Part shown: positions 20,444-27,966 of the stretch, piece after piece
How positions within the stretch are numbered: the first letter of the stretch is position 1
Layout: every line of letters begins with the position of its first letter
Source: an uncultured Gemmatimonadota bacterium
GTDB lineage: Bacteria; JAAXHH01
Length of the DNA: 64,000 nucleotides
NCBI GenBank assembly: GCA_951812955.1
Contig: OX638340.1
Coordinates: forward strand, 896,001 to 960,000
Reading direction: 5' to 3'
Program-made: the position numbers and the translations under genes
Notes under the pieces: generated by a model
Told to the model about the DNA's origin: nothing
What the model saw: the letters and a program-made list of their open reading frames with translations, nothing else
Database searches by the model: none

Positions 20444-20980
20444 TTATGGATCCGGTGAGGTTTCGCCGGGGGCCTGCTTCAGCCAGACGTCCTCAACGTT
20501 GAACTGTCTTCCCGAGGAGTGTCGGATTACCATGGAGGTGCGAACCAGCCTCAGACCGTCGAAAGTGAAGCGGTCCTCGAACTGCTGGTTATCATCGGTT
20601 ATGAAGTAGAAGAAACTGTCCAGAACGCTCCACCGTCCGTTCTGGATACGGACGACCGTGGAATCCGATACAGCGGTCGTATCGACCTGGCCATATCGGC
20701 CGTTGACACTGAGGCGGAGCAGGCCCCGTACCTGGGGAGGAACCAGCACGGTTTGTTCCAGCACGCTTTCGGAATCGGTCTGCGGGGCAAAGTTGACCGT
20801 GCGGCTTTCAAGATCGTAGATTCCGACGAGGGGGCGGGCGATATTGCCGGGACCGACATTGTTTTCGGCGCACCCGGCGATCAACGCGCTCAAGAGCAAA
20901 CCGTAAGAAAGGATCTGCTTGATCAAGGTTTTCTCCGGCGGGTTGACCACGAAATCGCGCAATGCCCCTGGGCGTTCCAT
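20444..20980 (-). CDS. hypothetical lipoprotein
   Basis: Signal peptide with lipobox (KQILSYGLLLSALIAGC). An alternative TTG start at 20926, preceded by GGAG, would give MIKQIL... 21 bp downstream of the OPT-like gene start on the same strand. Confidence 0.5.
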   Translation of the reverse strand: MERPGALRDFVVNPPEKTLIKQILSYGLLLSALIAGCAENNVGPGNIARPLVGIYDLESRTVNFAPQTDSESVLEQTVLVPPQVRGLLRLSVNGRYGQVDTTAVSDSTVVRIQNGRWSVLDSFFYFITDDNQQFEDRFTFDGLRLVRTSMVIRHSSGRQFNVEDVWLKQAPGETSPDP

Positions 20981-21036
20981 CAGCGATCCGGACGATTTTA
21001 GATCAGGGCCGGCACGCCGGTCGGGGAACGCTTGAG

Positions 21037-21065
21037 ATAATAGGCAAGCTCCACGGGGACGTCAA
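21037..21065 (-). promoter_or_regulatory. putative sigma70-type promoter of the lipoprotein/OPT operon (TAATCGCTTGACG, 17 bp, TATTAT)
   Basis: Reverse complement of 21037-21072 reads TAATCGCTTGACG-N17-TATTAT. About 55 nt upstream of 20980. Confidence 0.3.
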
Positions 21066-21275
21066 GCGATTACAGGTCCGTCCAACGGCATATTTCGCTT
21101 GACGTGCGCGGCCCGTCGGGTTAGAAGTGATGGGGTTTATCCGGCGGGATTCGCGTCGCCGGGTGGTGAATACGCTCCACGAAGGCGACGCCCGTTTCGT
21201 AACGAATTAAAGCGACGCCGGGCAATCCGTGCGCGTTTTCCGGTATCCTTTATTGCAATGGAGAAACGAAATCCC

Positions 21276-22379
21276 ATGTCAGCGTTCAGAGCGGGTATCA
21301 TCGGATGCGGCAACATCAGTAGTGTGTACTTCGAGGCGGGGCGTAAGTTCGAGGCTTTCGACGTGGTCGCATGTGCCGACATGGTCCCGGAACGGTCGCG
21401 GGCCAGGGCCGCCGAATTCGAGGGCGTGGAAGCCCGCACGGCCGAGGCCCTGCTAAACGATCCCGCCATAGAGATCGTCATCAACCTTACCATACCCGCC
21501 GCACATGCCGGAATCGCCCGGGCTGCTTTGGAGCACGGAAAATCGGTTTATACAGAAAAACCCATGGCGATCCGGAAAGAGGATGGGCGGGCCTTGCTCG
21601 ATCTCGCACGGAGATCGGGAAAACTGGTGGGCGGAGCGCCGGACACCTTCATGGGGGCCGGCATTCAGACCTGCCGAAAGCTCATCGACGACGGTTGGAT
21701 CGGCGAACCGGTGGCCGCCACGGCCTTTATGCTGAGTCCGGGACACGAGAGGTGGCATCCCGACCCCGGTTTCTTCTACAAGCCCGGCGCCGGTCCCATG
21801 CTGGACATGGGTCCGTACTACGTCACGGCGCTGGTCAATCTGCTGGGACCGGTCGCCCGGCTTACGGGCGCCACACGCATCACCCGTTCCGAGCGCACGA
21901 TAACGAGCGAACCTTTGTACGGAGAGAAAATAGAGGTCGAAGTGCCCACGCACCTGGCGGGCGTGATCGAATTCGAAAGCGGACCCATCGGGACGATCGT
22001 GACCAGTTTCGACGTGTGGCACCATGAACTGCCCCGCATCGAGATATACGGTACGGAGGGATCCCTGAGCGTACCCGATCCCAATTCGTTCGGCGGACCC
22101 GTGAAACTGCGCCGCGCCGGAGCCGAAACCTGGACGGAAATGCCCCTGAGCCACGGTTACGAGGAACAAAGCCGCGGGTTGGGCGTGGCGGACATGGTCT
22201 ATGCCCTGCGCTCGGGACGCCCGCACCGGGCCAGCGGCGAACTGACCTTTCACGTGCTTGACGTCATGCTGTCCATCGAGGAATCATCGGAGTCGGGACG
22301 GCATATTAACCTGGAAAGCACCTGTACCAGGCCGGCGCCCCTTCCGCTAGAACTGGCGCCTTACACCCTGGACCCATGA
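21276..22379 (+). CDS. Gfo/Idh/MocA-family NAD(P)-dependent oxidoreductase
   Basis: Start [15 protein letters not shown]... (Rossmann GxGxxG) at the ATG at 21276 with GGAG 12 nt upstream. The ORF-track start at 21099 is over-extended. Confidence 0.8.
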   Translation: MSAFRAGIIGCGNISSVYFEAGRKFEAFDVVACADMVPERSRARAAEFEGVEARTAEALLNDPAIEIVINLTIPAAHAGIARAALEHGKSVYTEKPMAIRKEDGRALLDLARRSGKLVGGAPDTFMGAGIQTCRKLIDDGWIGEPVAATAFMLSPGHERWHPDPGFFYKPGAGPMLDMGPYYVTALVNLLGPVARLTGATRITRSERTITSEPLYGEKIEVEVPTHLAGVIEFESGPIGTIVTSFDVWHHELPRIEIYGTEGSLSVPDPNSFGGPVKLRRAGAETWTEMPLSHGYEEQSRGLGVADMVYALRSGRPHRASGELTFHVLDVMLSIEESSESGRHINLESTCTRPAPLPLELAPYTLDP

Positions 22380-22410
22380 AGGAACACGGAAGCGGACCGG
22401 AAACGTAACC

Positions 22411-23319
22411 ATGCCCGATCATCCCGTAAGAAACCTGACCGATCTCCTGCCACGACTCGAACGGCTGATGGACCGCATCGAATCGCTCCTCTCCGCTTAT
22501 ACCGGAGGGTCGGGCAGCGAGTCCGGCGACGTCTATGCCGATTCGGTCGCATTCCAATGGCGGAAAAAGGGCGGAAAGGGATTCCTCGAACCGATCGTAC
22601 ACCCCGACCTGGCGGACCTGGGCGATCTCTTCGGCCTCGACCGCGAGATCGGGATCCTTGTCCGGAATACCCGCCAGTTCGTCCGGGGAATGCCCGCGAA
22701 CAACACGCTGATCTGGGGAGAACGCGGAACCGGCAAGTCCTCGGTGGTAAAGGGACTGCTGGCCCGTTTCGCCGGCGAGGGACTGCGCATGATCGAAGTC
22801 CGCAAGCAGGATCTGACGGATCTGCCCGAGATCGTTGAGATCCTGTGGGACCGCCCCGAGCGTTTCGTCCTGTTCTGCGACGACCTGTCCTTTTTGGATG
22901 ACGAATCCGTCTACCTCGAGCTCAAAGCGCTCCTCGAAGGCAGTCTTTCCGCCCGTCCCGACAACGTGCTCGTCTACGCCACGTCCAACCGCAGACACCT
23001 GATGTCGGAGAAGTTCGCCGACAACACGCCGCGATTCAGTCTGGACGACGACGAAATCCATCCACAGGAGACCGTGGAGGAGAAGGTTTCGTTGAGCGAC
23101 CGTTTCGGCCTCTCCATCGGATTCTATCGGATCACCCAGGACACCTATTTCGAAATCGTTCGCCATCTCGTCGATCAACGCGGAATCCATATCGACGGGG
23201 ACCTGCTGCGGCGGGAGTCCCTCCGGTGGGTGCAGCGCGCCAGCGGCCGTTCGGGCAGGGTCGCGCGGCAGTTCGTGGACGATCTGGAGGGGCGGCTCAA
23301 ACTGGGCGAATTGCCGTAG
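22411..23319 (+). CDS. DUF815-family AAA-like ATP-binding protein
   Basis: 302 aa with Walker A (GERGTGKSS) and Walker B (FVLFCDDLSF). Confidence 0.6.
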   Translation: MPDHPVRNLTDLLPRLERLMDRIESLLSAYTGGSGSESGDVYADSVAFQWRKKGGKGFLEPIVHPDLADLGDLFGLDREIGILVRNTRQFVRGMPANNTLIWGERGTGKSSVVKGLLARFAGEGLRMIEVRKQDLTDLPEIVEILWDRPERFVLFCDDLSFLDDESVYLELKALLEGSLSARPDNVLVYATSNRRHLMSEKFADNTPRFSLDDDEIHPQETVEEKVSLSDRFGLSIGFYRITQDTYFEIVRHLVDQRGIHIDGDLLRRESLRWVQRASGRSGRVARQFVDDLEGRLKLGELP

Positions 23320-23364
23320 ATTCCGGTGCGCCTCAGCAATTCGGGAAGTGGTTTTCTTTCCCAC

Positions 23365-23393
23365 TTGACACCGTATTTGACACAGCCTAATTA
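23365..23393 (+). promoter_or_regulatory. putative sigma70-type promoter for the molybdenum hydroxylase operon (-35 TTGACA 23365-23370, 17-bp spacer, -10 TAATTA)
   Basis: CACTTGACACC with a second TTGACA 12 bp downstream. AT-rich 180-bp intergenic region. Confidence 0.3.
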
Positions 23394-23411
23394 TGTAGAT
23401 CGTATTTTTGT

Positions 23412-23438
23412 ATATGCGCGGATTGAACTCGCGCATAT
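23412..23438. promoter_or_regulatory. perfect 9-bp inverted repeat ATATGCGCG-N9-CGCGCATAT; candidate operator or hairpin between promoter and first gene
   Basis: Arms at 23412-23420 and 23430-23438 are exact reverse complements. Lies about 65 bp upstream of the FAD-subunit start. Confidence 0.3.
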
Positions 23439-23503
23439 CCTGTACCTGATTTTCAGAATGATCACGCAGTTATCAGTTAAGGTCAACAGCAAAGGAGTGT
23501 GTC

Positions 23504-24376
23504 TTGCACGCATTCGACTATGCCACGCCGGAAAGCGTGGCCGATGCGGTGGTAATGCTCAGCGATCACGGGGAAAACGCCTGTGTGCTCGCGGGCGGAA
23601 CGGACCTGATCGTTCAGCTTCGGGAGAACCGGCGGCGTACCGACCTAGTGGTGGACGTCAAGAAAATCGCCGAACTGAACGCGTTGTCCTACAACGTCGC
23701 GACCGGTCTCACGATCGGAGCGGCCGTGCCCTGTTACCGGATCTACGGAGACGCGGAAATCGCAGCGGCCTATCCGGGACTCATGGACGCGGCGAAACTG
23801 GTAGGAGGCACGGGGATCCAGGGCAGGGCCAGCCTGGGTGGGAACCTGTGCAACGCATCCCCGGCGGGCGATACGATTCCCCCCATGATTGTCCTGGGCG
23901 GCGAGGCGGAAATCGCCGGTCCCGCCGGAACCCGGAACGTGGCGGTGGAAGACTTCTGTACGGCGCCCGGCCGCACCGTGCTGGCGGACGGCGAGTTCCT
24001 GGTGTCGCTCCGTTTCCCCGCGCCCGCGCCGAATTCCGGTGCGTTCTACCGGAGGTTCATCCCCCGCAACGAAATGGATATCGCCGTGGTGGGCGTCGGC
24101 GCGTCGGTGGTTCTCAGTGGCGACGGTTCTTCCTTCGTCTCCGCACGCATCGCCATAGGCGCCGTGGCCCCGACGCCGTTATTTGTAAGTGAAGCCGGAG
24201 CGGCCCTGGCCGGACAGCCCGTGTCCGACGAGTCGATCCAACGGGCTGCCGATATAGCCCGCGACGCGGCCCGGCCCATCAGCGACATGCGGGGTACCGC
24301 GGAATACCGAAAACATCTGACCAGCGTATTGACGCGCCGGGTTCTGCAGGGCGCGGTACAACGAGCCAAGGAGTAG
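23504..24376 (+). CDS. molybdenum hydroxylase FAD-binding (medium) subunit (CoxM/XdhB-like)
   Basis: 290 aa with the FAD-binding motif AGGTDLIVQL and a CO-dehydrogenase-flavoprotein C-terminal-domain-like region. Confidence 0.8.
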   Translation: MHAFDYATPESVADAVVMLSDHGENACVLAGGTDLIVQLRENRRRTDLVVDVKKIAELNALSYNVATGLTIGAAVPCYRIYGDAEIAAAYPGLMDAAKLVGGTGIQGRASLGGNLCNASPAGDTIPPMIVLGGEAEIAGPAGTRNVAVEDFCTAPGRTVLADGEFLVSLRFPAPAPNSGAFYRRFIPRNEMDIAVVGVGASVVLSGDGSSFVSARIAIGAVAPTPLFVSEAGAALAGQPVSDESIQRAADIARDAARPISDMRGTAEYRKHLTSVLTRRVLQGAVQRAKE

Positions 24377-24382
24377 CCGTCG

Positions 24383-24853
24383 ATGTCGAAAAAAGTACAC
24401 GTACAGACGAACATAAACGGAGAATCCGTCGATTTTCTTTGTGAACCGCGCAACAGCCTGCTCGAAGTACTGCGCGACGAGCTGGATCTCACCGGCGCGA
24501 AGGAAGGGTGCAACAACGGCAATTGCGGCGCCTGCAACGTGATCATGGACGGCAGGCTGGTCAATTCCTGCTGCGTGCTGGGCGTAGAAGCCGACGGTTG
24601 CGAGTTAACGACCATCGAAGGGGTCGGGTCGGCCGCTAACCTGCATCCGTTGCAGCAGAAGTTCCTGGAACACGCGGCGCTGCAGTGCGGCATATGCACG
24701 CCCGGGTTCATCGTTTCCGCCAAGGCCCTGCTGGACCGTAATCCGAACCCCTCCGAGGACGAGGTTCGCTACTGGCTGGCCGGCAATCTCTGCCGCTGCA
24801 CCGGATACGACAAAATCGTCCGCGCGGTCCTGGACGCCAGGAACGGCGCCTGA
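24383..24853 (+). CDS. molybdenum hydroxylase (2Fe-2S)-binding small subunit (CoxS/XdhC-like)
   Basis: 156 aa with two [2Fe-2S] motifs (CNNGNCGACNV and CGICTPGF...CRCTGY). Confidence 0.85.
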   Translation: MSKKVHVQTNINGESVDFLCEPRNSLLEVLRDELDLTGAKEGCNNGNCGACNVIMDGRLVNSCCVLGVEADGCELTTIEGVGSAANLHPLQQKFLEHAALQCGICTPGFIVSAKALLDRNPNPSEDEVRYWLAGNLCRCTGYDKIVRAVLDARNGA

Positions 24854-24946
24854 CCCGTCGCCTGACCCGTAACGATCGGCGCGCGTCTGCTCAGGGAACG
24901 CGGCCGGAAATGGCCAAATTGGAATGACTAAACGGAGGTAAGAAAC

Positions 24947-27223
24947 GTGTCACAAAACGGACATAAAGTCATCGGCACCCGTCCAATACGCCATGACGGG
25001 GTGGATAAGGTTACCGGCCGGGCGATCTACGGCGCCGATATACAGCTGACGGGCCTGCTTTATGGCGCAATAAAGCGCAGTCCCCACCCGCATGCGCGGA
25101 TCAAGCATATCGACACGAGCCGGGCGGAGGCCCATCCTGGGGTCCGGGCGGTAGTCACAGCCCACGACCTTCCTCAGATCGCCGACAAGATCGCCGATCT
25201 GGGCGAAGCGATCGTCAACCTGCGCGATTCCAGCAATAACGTGCTGGCCTATGGCAAGGTGCTTTACAAGGGCCATGCCGTCGCCGGCGTCGCGGCAATC
25301 AACCTGCACGTCGCCCAGGAAGCGGTGGAACTGATCGACGTGGAATACGAACTGCTGCCCCACGTGACGGGCGTACTGGAGGCCATGGAAGACGGCGCCC
25401 CGATCTTGCACGAGGACATGAAGACCACGTCCATGGGCGAGGAAACGGACAAGGTCAGCAATATCGCCAACCACTTCCAGCACAAGATGGGCGAGCCGGA
25501 CGACGGTTTTGCCGAAGCCGACGTGGTGATCGAGCGCGAATTCACGACGCAGACCGTCCACCAGGGCTATATCGAGTCTCATAACGCCACGGCGCTCTGG
25601 AACGAAGAAGGCCAGCTCACCGTCTGGACGAGTACGCAGGGCGCTTTTGCCGTACGGGATCAACTGGCCGAGATCCTCCAGATGCCCGTTTCGAAGGTCA
25701 AGATCGTACCCCTGGAGATCGGCGGCGGATTCGGAGGCAAGATTTCAGTTTACCTGGACCCGGTCGCCGCGCTGCTTTCGAAGAAGACGGGGCATCCCGT
25801 AAAGATGACGATGACCCGCGACGAGGTATTCGAAGCAACGGGCCCGACGCCGGGTTCCTACCTGAAGGTCAAGATGGGCGCCACCAGCGACGGACGGCTT
25901 ACGGCCGCCACGGCGTACATGGCCTACGAGGCCGGTGCCTATCCCGGCTCACCGGTCGGCGCGGGCGCGGGCTGCATATTCACGCCCTACGACATACCCA
26001 ATGTGCAGATCGACGGGTACGACGTGTGCGTAAACAAGCCCAAGACGAACGCCTACCGCGCGCCCGGGGCCACCAATGCGGCCTATGCGTCCGAAACGGT
26101 CGTGGACGAAATATGCGAGAAAATCGGCATGGACCCACTCGAGTTCCGGGTGAAGAACGGCGCGAAGGAAGGTGGTCGCCGGGCCGACGGTCCCGTGCAT
26201 CCGCGCATCGGCTGCATCGAGACCACCCAAGCCGCGCTCAACAGCGAACACTACCAATCCACGCTCGAGAAGACGGCGAACGGCAAGGTACGCGGACGGG
26301 GCGTAGCATCCGGTTACTGGTTCAACTTCAACGGCGGAAGGTCGGCCATCTCGGTAAGCATCAATCCCGACGGCACCATCAACATGCTCGAGGGTTCTAC
26401 CGATATCGGCGGGTCACGGGCATCCATCGCCATGCAGCTGGCCGAGACCATCGGTCTTGAAGCAACCGACATCAAGCCCTACGTGGTGGATACGGACTCG
26501 ATCGGCTACACCGACGTGACCGGCGGCAGCCGCACCACCTTCGGAACGGGCTACGCCGCCCACGCCACGGGCCTGGCCCTCATACGCGAAATCAAGGAGA
26601 GGGCGTCGAAGCTCTGGGACGTGCCTGCCGACGCCATCGACTTCGCCGACGGGGTCTTCTCCTACAAGGACGACGCGGAAAAGCGGGGCACCTTCAAGGA
26701 GGTTGCCAGCCAGGCCGGCGACGCCGGCGGTCCCGTGGTCGCCCAGGTCAGCACGAATCCCGACGGCAGCGGCGGCGGCGCCTTCGCCACCCACGTCGTC
26801 GACGTGGAAGTCGACAGGGAAACGGGCAAGGTGGACATACTCCGCTATACCGCGGTCCAGGACGCCGGAACGGCCATTCACCCAAGCTACGTGGAAGGCC
26901 AGATGCAGGGCGGCGTGGTGCAAGGCATCGGCTGGGGTCTCAACGAGGAGTACATCTACAACGACGAAGGCTCCATGACCAACGCCAGTTTCCTGGATTA
27001 CCGTATGCCCACGACGCTCGACCTGCCCATGATCGAGACGATCATCGTGGAAGTGCCCAACGAGTCCCATCCCTACGGCGTGCGGGGCGTCGGTGAAGTG
27101 CCGATCGTACCGCCTCCGGCCGCTCTCTCCAACGCGATCTACGACGCGACGGGCGTAAGGCTGCGTGACCTGCCCATGTCCCCGCCCCGGGTACAGAAGG
27201 CCGTAGCGGAGAACGGCGGGTAA
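24947..27223 (+). CDS. molybdopterin-binding large subunit of xanthine dehydrogenase/aldehyde oxidase-family molybdenum hydroxylase (substrate unknown)
   Basis: 758 aa, GTG start with GGAGG RBS. GGGFGGK motif and C-terminal GVGE active-site glutamate region. The active-site loop reads AYRAPGA, which matches neither form I CODH (AYRCSFR) nor form II (AYRGAGR). Confidence 0.85.
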   Translation: MSQNGHKVIGTRPIRHDGVDKVTGRAIYGADIQLTGLLYGAIKRSPHPHARIKHIDTSRAEAHPGVRAVVTAHDLPQIADKIADLGEAIVNLRDSSNNVLAYGKVLYKGHAVAGVAAINLHVAQEAVELIDVEYELLPHVTGVLEAMEDGAPILHEDMKTTSMGEETDKVSNIANHFQHKMGEPDDGFAEADVVIEREFTTQTVHQGYIESHNATALWNEEGQLTVWTSTQGAFAVRDQLAEILQMPVSKVKIVPLEIGGGFGGKISVYLDPVAALLSKKTGHPVKMTMTRDEVFEATGPTPGSYLKVKMGATSDGRLTAATAYMAYEAGAYPGSPVGAGAGCIFTPYDIPNVQIDGYDVCVNKPKTNAYRAPGATNAAYASETVVDEICEKIGMDPLEFRVKNGAKEGGRRADGPVHPRIGCIETTQAALNSEHYQSTLEKTANGKVRGRGVASGYWFNFNGGRSAISVSINPDGTINMLEGSTDIGGSRASIAMQLAETIGLEATDIKPYVVDTDSIGYTDVTGGSRTTFGTGYAAHATGLALIREIKERASKLWDVPADAIDFADGVFSYKDDAEKRGTFKEVASQAGDAGGPVVAQVSTNPDGSGGGAFATHVVDVEVDRETGKVDILRYTAVQDAGTAIHPSYVEGQMQGGVVQGIGWGLNEEYIYNDEGSMTNASFLDYRMPTTLDLPMIETIIVEVPNESHPYGVRGVGEVPIVPPPAALSNAIYDATGVRLRDLPMSPPRVQKAVAENGG

Positions 27224-27267
27224 GTGCTGGGAGCAGGGTGAAGGAAAGCGTTTCAGATGTGAAATAT

Positions 27268-27300
27268 GAAAGGGCGGGAGAGTCATCTTCCCGCCCTTTC
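27268..27300 (+). terminator. stem-loop terminator candidate after the Mo-hydroxylase operon
   Basis: GAAAGGGCGGGA (27268-27279) pairs perfectly with TCCCGCCCTTTC (27289-27300) around a 9-nt loop. Lies 45 bp after the large-subunit stop. No canonical U-tract. Confidence 0.5.
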
Positions 27301-27379
27301 GCATTGACGGTAAATGAAGCCCGGTCTTTTGGTAGACCCTCAATTATCCGACGATTTCGGAACTGCGGAAAGAAAACCC

Positions 27380-27652
27380 ATGGCGACCATCTACATCCCG
27401 TCCCTCATGCGCGATCTGACCGGCGGCATGGAGGTCATCCAGATTGAAGGGGCCGATATGCGGCAGATCATCGCCAACCTGGAGGCGGCCTACCCCGGAT
27501 TTAAGCAACGCCTGCTGGAGGAAGGTACGCAACGCATCAAACCCAACATCGCCGTCATGATAGACGGCCGGAACGCCCGCCGCATCCTGATCGACAAGGT
27601 GAACGAAAACAGCGAGATACACTTCCTGCCTGCGATCAGCGGGGGAAGTTGA
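27380..27652 (+). CDS. MoaD/ThiS-family ubiquitin-like sulfur-carrier protein (C-terminus ...ISGGS)
   Basis: About 90 aa from MATIYIPSLMRDL... with a beta-grasp-like pattern ending in GlyGly followed by one extra Ser. The ORF-track start at 27314 is probably over-extended. Confidence 0.5.
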   Translation: MATIYIPSLMRDLTGGMEVIQIEGADMRQIIANLEAAYPGFKQRLLEEGTQRIKPNIAVMIDGRNARRILIDKVNENSEIHFLPAISGGS

Positions 27653-27653
27653 T

Positions 27654-27920
27654 ATGCGTCTTCCCGTTCGCGTATATCCCAGGGCAGGACGTAACGAAGT
27701 GGCGCGGAACGACGACAGCAGCCTTTCCGTCCGGGTCACGGCCGTGCCGGAGGACGGTAAGGCCAACGCCGCATTGCTGGAGTTGCTGGCGGATCGGCTG
27801 AAAATCCCCCGGTCCAGCATCCGCATTGTCAGGGGACGACGGACACGCGACAAGGTCGTGCAGTTGGATGGTCTGACCAGTGAGGATCTTACGCGTCTGG
27901 CAGGATCGGCGGGTCGATAA
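27654..27920 (+). CDS. DUF167 (YggU-like) family protein
   Basis: 88 aa (VRVYPRAGRNEV...DGKANAALLELLA...). Start lies 2 bp after the MoaD-like stop, suggesting translational coupling. Confidence 0.6.
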   Translation: MRLPVRVYPRAGRNEVARNDDSSLSVRVTAVPEDGKANAALLELLADRLKIPRSSIRIVRGRRTRDKVVQLDGLTSEDLTRLAGSAGR

Positions 27921-27939
27921 GGGCTGCGGATGGTTTACG

Positions 27940-27960
27940 GGCCGTGTCGGATACACGGTC
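27940..27960. terminator. hairpin between convergent DUF167 gene and tex (possible bidirectional terminator)
   Basis: GGCCGTGT cggat ACACGGTC forms a stem of about 8 bp with a 5-nt loop, in the 46-bp convergent gap. Confidence 0.25.
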
Positions 27961-27966
27961 GTGCAG

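Noticed and set aside
22306-23436. 376-aa minus-strand ORF
   Set aside because: Antisense to the DUF815 ATPase gene, which has Walker motifs and a convincing protein-like composition. No recognisable domain.
24947-27223. Calling the Mo-hydroxylase operon a carbon monoxide dehydrogenase (coxMSL)
   Set aside because: Gene order matches coxMSL, but the large-subunit active-site loop is AYRAPGA rather than the form I VAYRCSFR or form II AYRGAGR signatures, and no coxDEFG accessory genes are present. Substrate left unassigned.
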